Positions 48,135-57,491 of a stretch of 64,000 nt of DNA are shown in pieces; positions within the stretch are counted from its first letter, which is position 1, and each line of letters starts with the position of its first letter. The stretch comes from Vulcanimicrobiota bacterium (GTDB lineage: Bacteria; Vulcanimicrobiota; Vulcanimicrobiia; Vulcanimicrobiales; Vulcanimicrobiaceae), in contig OY968762.1 in NCBI GenBank assembly GCA_963695225.1, forward strand, positions 1,728,001 through 1,792,000. The letters run 5' to 3'. The notes beneath the pieces were generated by a model. The model saw nothing but the letters and a program-made list of their open reading frames with translations. It was not told the DNA's origin and searched no databases. Both the position numbers and the translations under genes were made by a program.

Positions 48135-49073
48135 GTGGCGCTCACGCTCGCTCAGCTCGAAACGATCCGCCGCCTGGCGGAACTCGGCAGCTTCACGCGG
48201 ACGGCCGAGGCCCTCAACGTCACGCAGCCCGCCGTCACGCAACACGTGAAGGCGCTCCAGCGGCACTTCGGGACGCGGCTGTTCGATCTCGTGGGGCGCC
48301 GCCCGATCCCCACGGACGCGGGCCTGTTCCTCGCGTCGCAGGCGGAGAAGCTACTGGACGATCTCGCCGCGCTGGAACGCGACATGCAGGCGTTCGCGGC
48401 GGCGCAAACCGGAACGCTCGAACTCGGCGCGACGATCACGATCGGCAACTACGCGCTGCTCCCGCAACTCGCCCGTTTTCGCGCGCGGCATCCCGGGGCG
48501 ACGGTCGACCTTCGGGTCGCGAACACGGCCGAGATCGTGCTCGCTCTGAAGATGCGGCGCGTCCACCTCGCGCTCATCGAAGGAGCGACGGCCGACCCCG
48601 GCCTGGTGCAGGAGGCCTATGCGATGGACGAGCTCGCGCTCGTCGTCCCGCGGGGCGGGCACCGCCTCTCCGAGCGCAGCTCGGTGCGCGCACGCGACCT
48701 GGAGGGCGAAACGTTCGTCGCGCGCGAGGAGGGCTCCGGAACGAGGATGCTCGCGGACCGCGTCCTGCGCGAGGCAGGAATCGCCCCGCGGATCTCGCTC
48801 TCGCTGACGAGCGGCGAGGGCGTCGCCCGCGCGGTCGAAGCCGGGCTCGGCATCGCGATCCTCTCGCGGCTCGTCGTCGAGCGAGCCGCCGCCGCGGGGC
48901 GAGTCGCCGTCGTGCGCATCGACGACGTAGATCTCCGCCGGACGTTCCGCATCGCGCGGTTACGCGAACGGACGCTCTCCCCGCTCGCGCTGCATTTCAT
49001 CGAGTTCTTGCGCGGCGAGAGCCGGGACGCTGAGCTCGCGCGCGACTTCGAACGGACCGGCGAAGCGACGTGA
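48135..49073 (+). CDS. LysR-family transcriptional regulator (CysL/YeiE-like)
   Basis: GSFTRTAEALNVTQPAVTQH HTH; GATITIGNY.LP, NT.EI, REEGSGTR, AVEAGLGIAILS. Confidence 0.92.
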   Translation: MALTLAQLETIRRLAELGSFTRTAEALNVTQPAVTQHVKALQRHFGTRLFDLVGRRPIPTDAGLFLASQAEKLLDDLAALERDMQAFAAAQTGTLELGATITIGNYALLPQLARFRARHPGATVDLRVANTAEIVLALKMRRVHLALIEGATADPGLVQEAYAMDELALVVPRGGHRLSERSSVRARDLEGETFVAREEGSGTRMLADRVLREAGIAPRISLSLTSGEGVARAVEAGLGIAILSRLVVERAAAAGRVAVVRIDDVDLRRTFRIARLRERTLSPLALHFIEFLRGESRDAELARDFERTGEAT

Positions 49074-49127
49074 CGCACGTCGCGCACGCCGAAGGGCCGT
49101 GCGCCGCAGCCGGCCCGGGGCAATCTT

Positions 49128-49176
49128 ATACCCCTATAGGTATGCGATTGTCAAGGCATACTGGGTAGTGTATAGT
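49128..49176. promoter_or_regulatory. Tandem CsoR/CstR-type operators overlapping back-to-back sigma70 promoters
   Basis: ATAC-N8-GTAT at 49128-49143 and 49158-49173; plus strand TTGTCA-N17-TATAGT; minus strand TTGACA-N18-TATAAG. Confidence 0.8.
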
Positions 49177-49182
49177 TGACGC

Positions 49183-49497
49183 ATGGCAGCCAGACGGAGC
49201 CGGGCCCCACAAGAGGCCGATGCTCTCCGCGTTCCCGACACCGTCGTCACGGAAGTGACGATGCGCCTGCGGCGGGTCGAAGGGCAGATTCGCGCGGTTC
49301 AGCGCATGATCGCGGAGCGTCGCGATTGCCATGCGGTCGTGCAGCAGATGGCCGCCGCGCGAGCGGCCCTCGAGCGAGCGACGGTTCAATTGATGGCCAC
49401 GAGCATGGCGGAATGCATTCGCCCGCGCGCCGAAGGCGGCATCGACGAGAGCGAACTCAAGCGCCTGACGGACACGTTCGTAAAGCTCTTGGGGTAA
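49183..49497 (+). CDS. CsoR/RcnR-family repressor, CstR-like (Cys pair without the His ligand)
   Basis: RLRRVEGQIRAVQRMI..RDC..V.QQMAAAR.AL ... ATSMAECI. Confidence 0.9.
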   Translation: MAARRSRAPQEADALRVPDTVVTEVTMRLRRVEGQIRAVQRMIAERRDCHAVVQQMAAARAALERATVQLMATSMAECIRPRAEGGIDESELKRLTDTFVKLLG

Positions 49498-49554
49498 CGC
49501 CGCTGCGTTTCCGCTCGGCAGGCCCCCATCAGCCTGCGCTCGTCGAAGGCAGAG

Positions 49555-50307
49555 CTATACGTTGCGCTTGACGGCGAGCGGGCCGGGTGCTTGGCAGACG
49601 GGCATCAACTGGAGCGAGTTGACGTTCACGTGCCACGGGCGAGTCGCGACCCAGTGGATCGCGTCTGCGACGTCCTCCGCCGTCAACGGCTGCGTCTCGG
49701 CATAAACGGCCGAGGCCTTGCTCTCGTCGCCCCGGAAGCGCACTTCGGAGAACTCCGTTCCGCCGCACATCCCGGGTTCGATGTCGGTGACGCGCACGCG
49801 CGTCCCGAGCAAATCGGCGCGTAGATTCAAGCTGAATTGATAGACGAAAGCCTTCGTCGCGCCGTACACGTTGCCGCCGGGATACGGAAACTCGGCGGCG
49901 GTCGAGCCGAGGTTGACGATGTGTCCGCGATTCCGGGCGACCATCCCCGGCAGCACGGTCCGCGTGCAATAGAGCAGACCCTTCACGTTCGTGTCGATCA
50001 TCGTTTCCCACTCGTCGAGCACGGCGTCTTGCGCCGGCTCGAGCCCTAGCGCGAGGCCGGCGTTGTTCACCAGCACGTCGATCTCCGCGAATGCCGAGGG
50101 CAGGCTCGCGATCGCGCGCTCGACCGCGCCGCGGTCGCTGACGTCGAGCGCAAGCGGGAGAAGGGCCGCCCCGAGCTCGCGCTGCAATTCGGCGAGCCGC
50201 GGCAGCCTGCGCGCGGCGGCGACCACCCGCGCGCCCTCGCGCACGAACCGGCGCGCGATCGCAGCGCCGAAACCGGCACTCGCGCCCGTTACCAAGACGA
50301 CCATCAT
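49555..50307 (-). CDS. ydfG: NADP-dependent 3-hydroxy acid dehydrogenase (YdfG-like SDR)
   Basis: VLVTGASAGFG, NNAGLALGLEPA, YPGGNVYGATKAF, TDIEPG, TEFSEVRF. Confidence 0.88.
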   Translation of the reverse strand: MMVVLVTGASAGFGAAIARRFVREGARVVAAARRLPRLAELQRELGAALLPLALDVSDRGAVERAIASLPSAFAEIDVLVNNAGLALGLEPAQDAVLDEWETMIDTNVKGLLYCTRTVLPGMVARNRGHIVNLGSTAAEFPYPGGNVYGATKAFVYQFSLNLRADLLGTRVRVTDIEPGMCGGTEFSEVRFRGDESKASAVYAETQPLTAEDVADAIHWVATRPWHVNVNSLQLMPVCQAPGPLAVKRNV

Positions 50308-50399
50308 CCGCTCCCTTCGCTCGCTGGCGTCACGCTTTCGCAGCGTGCCGCTCGGGGGCCCTGTTACTTTCGAGTGCGCGCGCGGTAGGTGACTGCGCA

Positions 50400-50684
50400 A
50401 TGAAGTTCTTCCGCATGCTCGGCGCCCTCCGCGCGACACTCCCCCGGATCCTTCCGCTCATGCGGGACGCGCGCGTCCCGCTGTGGCTCAAAGCGAGCAC
50501 GCTGGCCGGTGCCGCCTTGATCGTCTCCCCGCTCGACCTGCTCGGCGATATCCCGATCGTCGGCATCTTCGACGATGTCGCCCTGCTGGGTCTCCTCGGC
50601 ATGCTCTTCGTGAACCTCGCGAGCTCGTCGCGCGAGCGCAATGCCGAACCCGAGCCCGAACTCAAGGTCGTCCAGCCGCTCTAA
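50400..50684 (+). CDS. YkvA/DUF1232 family membrane protein
   Basis: D.RVPLWLK..SPLDLLGDIPIVGIFDD. Confidence 0.9.
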   Translation: MKFFRMLGALRATLPRILPLMRDARVPLWLKASTLAGAALIVSPLDLLGDIPIVGIFDDVALLGLLGMLFVNLASSSRERNAEPEPELKVVQPL

Positions 50685-50728
50685 CGCAGGCACGCGGGGC
50701 GCGGACGCTGCGCCGCGAAGAGGAACGC

Positions 50729-51070
50729 ATGGCTGACGACGACCGGCGGCTCGTGTATTCGACCGATGGTTCGCTCCCGCTTCCGCGGTTCGACCGCCCG
50801 GCTAAGCGCGCACCGGTTCGAACCGGCCCCGCTCTCCCCGAGGACGGGATCGTGCGAGTCGGCTGTGAAAAGCGACGCGGCGGAAGCGTGACGCTCGTCT
50901 ACGGCCTATCCGCGCCCGAGGTCGAAGCGACGGGGCGCGAGTTGCGTCGCCTCTGCGGTTCCGGCGGCACGTCGAAAGACGGCATCGTCGCGATCCAGGG
51001 CGATCATCGCACCGCGATCCTCGCGTATTTCGCCGCGCGCGACCGCAAGGCGAAGCGGATGGGCGGTTGA
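50729..51070 (+). CDS. yciH: SUI1/eIF1-like translation initiation factor YciH
   Basis: RLVYSTDG, DGIVRV, VTLVYGL, LRRLCGSGGT.KDG...IQGDHR, K.MGG. Confidence 0.9.
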   Translation: MADDDRRLVYSTDGSLPLPRFDRPAKRAPVRTGPALPEDGIVRVGCEKRRGGSVTLVYGLSAPEVEATGRELRRLCGSGGTSKDGIVAIQGDHRTAILAYFAARDRKAKRMGG

Positions 51071-51083
51071 GCGCGGAGGCGTT

Positions 51084-52562
51084 TTGACGGACCGGCCGCG
51101 TGCTAACGAATCCTCAACGGATCGACCGATAACCGGAGAGATGCGCGCGCTTTCCGGTAGTGCCCCGCTGGCGTTGCTCCCAACGAATGCGGTTCCCGCT
51201 CTCCAGCAGACTCGGTTCGGACCAGGCGTCCTCGTATCGCTCTCCTCGGGGAGCGTCGCGGGCGACCTGCGGGCGGTGCAGCGGGACACTCGGCTGCGCC
51301 GGACGACGTACGAGCTCGTCCTCACGAACGAAAGCGTCGCGCCGGTCGCCGCCTACACGTACGCCCTCGGCCAGGCGGCCTCGAACGGCGCGAGCTGGCG
51401 CACGGTAACGGTTCCCCCCTTCAGCTCGATCGCGGTGACGATCGACGTGCCGTTCCCGCCTCGCGGCGTCGAGCAGCGGGTCGTCGCGGAACTGCACGCG
51501 GAAGAAGCGCACTGGACGATCGACGCGCATGGGCCGCGAGTCGTCGAACGCCCTCCGAAGCCCCGCAACGTCGCCCTGTTCGTCGCACTCTTCATCGCGG
51601 CGCTCGCCGCAGGAGCCTACGCCGTCTTCGGACCGAAGGTGACCGCGCTCGCCGCCCCCGCTTCCGTCCCCGGCGGAACCGATTTCCAAGTCGCGTACGC
51701 GACGAGCGGCGCCGACCGCCTCCGCTGGAGCGTCGAGAACGCCGACGGAATCGAAGTGCATGGGGGCGCCCTCGCGGAACCGCACGGCGCGATCTCCCTG
51801 CAGCTCCCGCAGACCTCGCGCGCCGAAGGGTACGACCTGCACATCGACGCGGCGGGCCCGTTCGGCAGTCAGACGCGCACGGCGCACGTCGTCGCGCTGC
51901 CCGACACGGCGAAGCTCGCGGCGGAGCCCGTTCGGATCGCCTCGCTGTTCGTGGTGAACCAAGAGGTGGGAAGCGGGAAGCCGATCCTCGTCACCTATCG
52001 CACGAACGGCGACGCGGGGACGGTCAGCCTGCTCGACCAAAGCGATAACGTCCGGGCGAGCGCGCCGATGGATCGCTCCGGCACGGCAACGCTCGTCGCT
52101 CCGCGGGTCGAGACCGATCAGTCCTTCCGCATCGTTCTGGATGCCCAACGGAACGGAGCGCACTCGGAGTCGAGCGTCGGCGTCACCGTCCGGGCGAACG
52201 CCGTCGCGGCCGTCGCCGGCGCCCCGGTCGCCGCCGAAGACGTCGCGCCCGGCCCGAGCCCCGCTTCGATCTCCTTGCGCAAGCAGCGTTACCGTTCGGA
52301 GGAGGCGATCCCGATCGATGTCGCCCGGAATCTGGCGAACGTCCACGTCGCCATCGCGAACGCGGGCGGCGTCGAGATGGCGAGCAAGGACCTCCTCCCC
52401 GGCGAGCGGACGGCGGTGCTCCTCGCGCCGGACGTCTCCGCCCCGACCAAGCTCCTGGTGGTCGCGACGTTCCAGCGCGGCGTCGGCCAAGAGACCGTGG
52501 TCCGCTCCATCGAGGTCCGGCCCGCCCTCAGACATTCGAAGCCTGCCGTCAACGGTCCGTAA
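51084..52562 (+). CDS. Single-pass membrane protein with repeated Ig-like beta-sandwich domains
   Basis: N-terminal beta domain, TM (VALFVALFIAALAAGAYAVF), about three beta-rich repeats; start may be ATG 51141. Confidence 0.6.
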   Translation: MTDRPRANESSTDRPITGEMRALSGSAPLALLPTNAVPALQQTRFGPGVLVSLSSGSVAGDLRAVQRDTRLRRTTYELVLTNESVAPVAAYTYALGQAASNGASWRTVTVPPFSSIAVTIDVPFPPRGVEQRVVAELHAEEAHWTIDAHGPRVVERPPKPRNVALFVALFIAALAAGAYAVFGPKVTALAAPASVPGGTDFQVAYATSGADRLRWSVENADGIEVHGGALAEPHGAISLQLPQTSRAEGYDLHIDAAGPFGSQTRTAHVVALPDTAKLAAEPVRIASLFVVNQEVGSGKPILVTYRTNGDAGTVSLLDQSDNVRASAPMDRSGTATLVAPRVETDQSFRIVLDAQRNGAHSESSVGVTVRANAVAAVAGAPVAAEDVAPGPSPASISLRKQRYRSEEAIPIDVARNLANVHVAIANAGGVEMASKDLLPGERTAVLLAPDVSAPTKLLVVATFQRGVGQETVVRSIEVRPALRHSKPAVNGP

Positions 52563-52679
52563 ACGCAAGGCCGCGCCTCGGGCGGCCGTCGCGTGACCTC
52601 CCGTGACGTTCCCTCCCCGGCGGACGCCTAAGGGGCTCGCTGCCCGCTCGATTGTGACCCGGTTCCCTCGCGGAAACCC

Positions 52680-52706
52680 TAAAGTTCGCCGTCAACGCGC
52701 CGTAAA
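52680..52706 (+). promoter_or_regulatory. sigma28 (FliA/WhiG)-like promoter upstream of the SARP regulator
   Basis: TAAAGTT...: TAAA-N15-GCCGTAAA versus consensus TAAA-N15-GCCGATAA. Confidence 0.55.
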
Positions 52707-52752
52707 CAGAGGGAGAACGGAGTCTCTCGATTTCCTACGGAGGCGTATTTCG

Positions 52753-54357
52753 TTGTCTTCCCCGCAGTTGCCGAAGCTGGCGCCCACCCTCATCGAACGG
52801 CCCCGCGTGACGAGCTGGCTGCAACGCAATGCCCTCCTTCCGCTACGCCTCGTGACGGGACCGGCAGGGTCCGGGAAGACCACCGCGATCGCCCACTACC
52901 TCGCGAGTTCGACGGACAACGCGGCGTATGTCAAAGTCGGCGACGAGGAGACGCCCGCAGCCTTCTGGCCGCGCCTGGGCTCGATGCTCGGGATGCAGCC
53001 GGCTCCCAAACATTACGACGAGTTTCTCGCCCGCTTGCGCAAACAGCCGCCCTGCGAGCTGACGATCGACGAATTCGATCGCGGCTCACCGACGCTGCTC
53101 TCCGAGTTCAACGAGATCGTTTGCGACTCTCCCGATTCGGTTCGTTTCGTCTACGTCGGCCGCTCGCGGATCGCCATCGACGCCGAACGGCTGATCACGC
53201 AAGGTTTTGCTGGCGCCCTCCACGCGGCCGATCTCGCCTTCGACGCGCTCGAGGTCGGGCGCCTCGCCGATCTCTCCAACGTCCGGCATACGACGAGCGA
53301 GATCGACGCGCTCTTGGCCGAAACCGACGGCTGGCCGATCGTGATCGCCGGCGCCGTCCGCGAGGCCGCCGCGAGTTCGGGAAGCCTCGCCGGCGCCTAC
53401 GAAGCTTGGTGCAGCCGGAGCGGAAGGCACTTCTCCGGGTACATCGCCAGCGTGCTGCGGCATACGAGCGAATTCCACCGCGCCGCATTCCGTTACGCGA
53501 TGCGCGCGACGGACCCGGCCGAGCGCGACGATCAGCTCGCGATGCTCGAAGCCCGCGGCCTCTTCGTGCGCTATCACGACGGACGCTACGCGCCGATGCG
53601 CGTCGCCCGCCGTTTCTTCGTCGACGAATCGCGCCCGGAGCCGGGCACGCAGGCGCCCGTCCCGATGATGACGGTGCGAATGTTCGGCCGCTTCGAAGCG
53701 ACGATCGAAGGCGAAGTCGTGGAGTGGATCCGCCGCCGTGACCAGCAACTCTTCAAGTACCTCCTGCTCAAACCCAACGGCACCGCGACGCGCAACGAAG
53801 TGCGCGAGGCGTTCTGGGGAGACGCGGAAGCGCATCAAGCGATGCAGAGCCTGCGGACGGCTGCGAGCAACATCCGCAAGGCGATCGGGAACGTCGTCGG
53901 CTTCGAGCTCGTGGATCAATACTTCTTCACCCGGGGCAACGACATCGTCGTCAACCTCGCCAACGTCGTGATCGACGTACGCCGCTTCAGCGCCCACGCG
54001 CACGACGGCGATGCTCAACTCGAACGCGGCAACACGCGCGAAGCGATGGCTCACTACCGTGCGGCCGAAGACATCTACAACGGCGAACTGCTCTGCGGCG
54101 AGTATCCGGAGCCGTGGTACGCCGCACGCGCGGAGATGTACAAAGCGGTCTACGTGACCGTCCTAGAGCGCCTCGCCGAGCTGTATCGCGAGGAGGGCTC
54201 CGACCGTCGCGCGCGCGAATACGCGGCGCGAGTCCTCGAAACGCAGCCGCAGAACCTGCGGATGCGCCGGCTGTTGATCGGCGGCTCGGGCGACGAGCAG
54301 CCCGCGCCGGCGAAAAAGGCTGCGCTAGGCTTTGCTGCGAGGCCCGTCCGCGCCTGA
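52753..54357 (+). CDS. MalT-like STAND NTPase fused to SARP (wHTH + BTAD) transcriptional regulator
   Basis: GGAGG RBS + TTG; LIERPRV, GPAGSGKTT, TDGWP; VRMFGRFE, LFKYLLL, FW..A..SLRTAASNIRK, IDVRRF, Y.GELL BTAD pattern. Confidence 0.85.
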   Translation: MSSPQLPKLAPTLIERPRVTSWLQRNALLPLRLVTGPAGSGKTTAIAHYLASSTDNAAYVKVGDEETPAAFWPRLGSMLGMQPAPKHYDEFLARLRKQPPCELTIDEFDRGSPTLLSEFNEIVCDSPDSVRFVYVGRSRIAIDAERLITQGFAGALHAADLAFDALEVGRLADLSNVRHTTSEIDALLAETDGWPIVIAGAVREAAASSGSLAGAYEAWCSRSGRHFSGYIASVLRHTSEFHRAAFRYAMRATDPAERDDQLAMLEARGLFVRYHDGRYAPMRVARRFFVDESRPEPGTQAPVPMMTVRMFGRFEATIEGEVVEWIRRRDQQLFKYLLLKPNGTATRNEVREAFWGDAEAHQAMQSLRTAASNIRKAIGNVVGFELVDQYFFTRGNDIVVNLANVVIDVRRFSAHAHDGDAQLERGNTREAMAHYRAAEDIYNGELLCGEYPEPWYAARAEMYKAVYVTVLERLAELYREEGSDRRAREYAARVLETQPQNLRMRRLLIGGSGDEQPAPAKKAALGFAARPVRA

Positions 54358-55758
54358 GACCTTGATCCAGAGGCGGTACTTCTCGTCGCTGAAGGCGTCG
54401 CGCCATCCCGGCAAGTCGTGGAGCACGACGTCGAGCGCGGCGCCGCGAGTGGTAACGATCGCGTTCACGCCGCGCGCCGCCAGGCGTTCGCGGAAGGCGG
54501 GCCCGAGATCGGAAATCTCCGCGTAATCCCGCCAAACGTCGGCCGGATACGGATCGGCGCGCCCGTCAAGAAAGACCCGCGTGCGAGGCGTTCGCGCGTC
54601 CAAGTTGCACCAGGCGAAGTCGAGGCAGAACAAACGATGTTCTCCCGGCACGCGGCCGAGCGCGACGAGCGCCGCGGTCGGCAGATGCTCGTCGCGGCGC
54701 GCCTCCCGATCGTTCCAGAGATACGCCCCCGTGAGGATCGCGAGCAGCAGGCTGAACGCCGGGACGGCGCGATCGGCGATGCGTTCCTGTCGCGGGTCCA
54801 ACTGCCGGTCGAAACGGCGCGGCACGAGCGCGAGGAATCGGTCGAAACCGGCGGCGGCGAACGGTGCCGCCACGATGCCGAAGACCGCGATGTTGCGCGC
54901 CGCGGTGAGCAGCAGAAACGTCATCGCGCCGAGGACGAGCCGGTCGCGCCAGGGCATTCGGGTCCGAGCGTCCGCGCCGAGCGCCGCGAAGATTAGCGGG
55001 AACGCGCCGAAGCAGAACGATAGCTGGACGAGGCTCGTCACCTGCCACTCGTCGATCCACGCTTTGATCGGGCTTTGGAACAGCGAGAGCGCGTAGAGCG
55101 GGAGTCCCGCGCCGAAGGGGTTGAGACAAATCGCGACGCCGAGTGCGGCGGCCAGCGCGGCGAGGCGGCGGACGCGGGGGGAGAACCCGCGGTCGTCGAG
55201 CAGCGCGCCGAGCGCGATGAGGCTCGCGAGGATCGGCGCCAGCATCGCGCTCGCATGGAGATTCGACCACAGCGCCGCAAGCGGAATCGCGAAGTATGCC
55301 GCCGGTCCCTCGATCTCGAGCAGCAGGAGCATCGCCGCGAGGAACGGCCAAGCCACGACCTGCGCGCGAACTCCGAACGATTCGAGCAGGCAGACGGCGG
55401 CGAACGCCGTGGCGGCGGCGGTCGCGAGCGAGGACGAACCGCGCGCCAGCGAGCGCCGGGCGGTCAGGACGAGCGCGGCGAGCGCGGACGCAGCGGCGCC
55501 TGCCGCAAAGAGCGGCCACGCGCCGTGCTCCTTCGACAACGCGACGCCGATCCCGAACAGCCACTCCTGCGGCGTCCACGGCGCACCCGCAGCGGTAAAC
55601 GTTTCGTCGCCGAGCGCGCGCGGGATGTGCCCGTCGTGGAGGATGCGATCGCCGAGGGCCTGCTGCCACATCAAATCGCCGTCGCCCGGCGGATAGCCGA
55701 GCGCGTAGAGCACGAAGCGCACGGCGAACAGCGCGAGCACGATCCAGGTGAACCTCAT
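54325..55758 (-). CDS. Polytopic membrane protein, GT-C glycosyltransferase-like
   Basis: First loop GDLMWQQALG, W.PQEWL, VRAQ, LWSNLHAS, NPFG, I.EW, C-terminal VFLDGRADPY. Confidence 0.7.
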   Translation of the reverse strand: MRFTWIVLALFAVRFVLYALGYPPGDGDLMWQQALGDRILHDGHIPRALGDETFTAAGAPWTPQEWLFGIGVALSKEHGAWPLFAAGAAASALAALVLTARRSLARGSSSLATAAATAFAAVCLLESFGVRAQVVAWPFLAAMLLLLEIEGPAAYFAIPLAALWSNLHASAMLAPILASLIALGALLDDRGFSPRVRRLAALAAALGVAICLNPFGAGLPLYALSLFQSPIKAWIDEWQVTSLVQLSFCFGAFPLIFAALGADARTRMPWRDRLVLGAMTFLLLTAARNIAVFGIVAAPFAAAGFDRFLALVPRRFDRQLDPRQERIADRAVPAFSLLLAILTGAYLWNDREARRDEHLPTAALVALGRVPGEHRLFCLDFAWCNLDARTPRTRVFLDGRADPYPADVWRDYAEISDLGPAFRERLAARGVNAIVTTRGAALDVVLHDLPGWRDAFSDEKYRLWIKVSGADGPRSKA

Positions 55759-57146
55759 CGCGCGCTCCGATCCGCGCGAACGAAGAGCGTCACGCGCTCG
55801 GTTCGGAATGCCGCCCGCCAGCCGGGCTGCATCGCGAGCAATGCCGCAAGCCCTTGCCGGTTCCCGACCAGGATCGTGTCGATGCCGTTGCGTTCGAGGA
55901 CGCTCCGCCACGCCGGGCGAACGTGCGCGACCGTCACCTGATCCGCCAGACGCCGTGCGTCGAGTCCGCCGATGCGATCGCTCGCGAACGCGTGCATGTC
56001 GCTGCGCCCGAGCGCCTCGACGAGCGCGCACCAATTCACGGGCTGGCAGAGCACGGTGCGCCCGGACGGCCGGGCCGCGAGCGAAGCGAGCTCATCGACG
56101 AGCGGGGCCGGGGCGGCGGGCGGGACTCCGGCTTTCGCGCGCAGGTTCGCGGTCGCAGGCGCGATCAACGCACAAACGAAGGCGATGCCGAGTGCGCCCA
56201 AGGCGGCGCGAGAAGTCGCCGGCGCAGGCTGCGAGCCGTTCCGCGCCGCGGAGACGAGACACGGAAGGATCGCGATTCCCGCGAGCGGCAGCGCCGCCCC
56301 GGAGGCGAAGGCGCACGAGAGCGCGACCACGACCATGGGCCAATCCGCAAGCCGGGGGAGCCGCAAGCACGCGAGCGCGACGACGAGCGGAATCAACCCG
56401 AAGCGATACGCCTCCGGAGAGATCGCGTTCGGCTCCCAAGCGACCACCTTCGAGAGCGGGTCGGCGAACGAGATTTGCGCGAAAGCCTCTCGCGGCAAAC
56501 CGAGCCCGGCGGCCGTCGCGGCCACCGCCAGCGCGCTGCCTGCGGCGATTGCGAGCAGAGCCCGCTCGCCGCGCCGGCCGAACGCCGCGGCGAGCGCGAG
56601 CGCGGGTGCCGCGGCACCGGTCCAGGACGAGGACGCCCACGCCCAAGCGAGCAGGATCGCCACCGCGGGCCGCCGCGCATCCTCCCACACGAGCGCGAGA
56701 CCGAACGCCGCGGCGAGCATCCACGAAAACGAATCGGCATCGGCTCGAAACGCCCCGATCGAAAGAAGCGCGGCGCCCCCGCCCGCGACCAGCGCCCGGA
56801 ATTCCGAGGCGCCTCGCGCTCGCGCTTGGGCCTCGACGAGCGCGAGCATCGCGATCGCGCAGAACGCAGAGAAAGCCTCGACGCCGCCGAGCCCGAAGGC
56901 TCGCTCGACGACGGCATAAAGCGTGCTCGAAAGCGCATCGAGCCGGCCCGCCGGCCCGGCGCCGTTCAAGATCGCTCTCCCGTTCGCGAGCAGGCGGACG
57001 AACGCGGGATCTCCGCTGCTCCGCGCGCCGACGGCCGCCGCGACGGAAACGTAGAGGAGCGTTCGCGAGATCCAGGCGGCCGGCGTCCGGATGCACGCGT
57101 CGACGCCGGCGACCGGGCGAGCGCTCGCGGCCGGCGTCCCGATCAT
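55755..57146 (-). CDS. Divergent paralog of the adjacent GT-C-like membrane protein
   Basis: Same architecture (GDP....LANGRAIL; C-terminal VLCQPVNWC..FASDR..W..VL.R.GID.I...PGWRAAF) with key motifs degenerate. Confidence 0.6.
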   Translation of the reverse strand: MIGTPAASARPVAGVDACIRTPAAWISRTLLYVSVAAAVGARSSGDPAFVRLLANGRAILNGAGPAGRLDALSSTLYAVVERAFGLGGVEAFSAFCAIAMLALVEAQARARGASEFRALVAGGGAALLSIGAFRADADSFSWMLAAAFGLALVWEDARRPAVAILLAWAWASSSWTGAAAPALALAAAFGRRGERALLAIAAGSALAVAATAAGLGLPREAFAQISFADPLSKVVAWEPNAISPEAYRFGLIPLVVALACLRLPRLADWPMVVVALSCAFASGAALPLAGIAILPCLVSAARNGSQPAPATSRAALGALGIAFVCALIAPATANLRAKAGVPPAAPAPLVDELASLAARPSGRTVLCQPVNWCALVEALGRSDMHAFASDRIGGLDARRLADQVTVAHVRPAWRSVLERNGIDTILVGNRQGLAALLAMQPGWRAAFRTERVTLFVRADRSAR

Positions 57147-57490
57147 TCCAGTACTAGGCGATCGCCTACCAGGACATCGCGCGGCTCGCTGCCGGAGCCC
57201 AATTCGACGACCGCGACGGAACGCGCGCACGAGATCACGAGCCTGTTCGGGCGGGCGCCGTTGACGATTTTCAAGATCCGGCCGTCGCGATCCAGGAAGA
57301 ACAGATCGATGACGGCGCGCATCCCCACGGTGTGCACTGCGGAGCAGCCGTCGATCCACAGACCCTCGTCATCCGCGACGGTCGCGCGCGGCAAGAGGCC
57401 GACTCCGCGCGTGATGAAATTTTCCGCCCGCATGACGCGCGAGGCGAGCACGCGGCCGTTCGAGGCGTTACGCAAGATTCGTTCGCTCAT
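57143..57490 (-). CDS. DUF192 family protein
   Basis: A.NFITRGVGLL, EGLWIDGCSAVHTVGMRAVIDLFFLD, VVEL. Confidence 0.9.
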   Translation of the reverse strand: MSERILRNASNGRVLASRVMRAENFITRGVGLLPRATVADDEGLWIDGCSAVHTVGMRAVIDLFFLDRDGRILKIVNGARPNRLVISCARSVAVVELGSGSEPRDVLVGDRLVLE

Positions 57491-57491
57491 C

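Noticed and set aside
48617..49123. 168-aa minus-strand ORF as the target of the divergent CstR promoter
   Set aside because: Almost entirely antisense to lysR, Ser/Arg-rich, no RBS or recognisable domain
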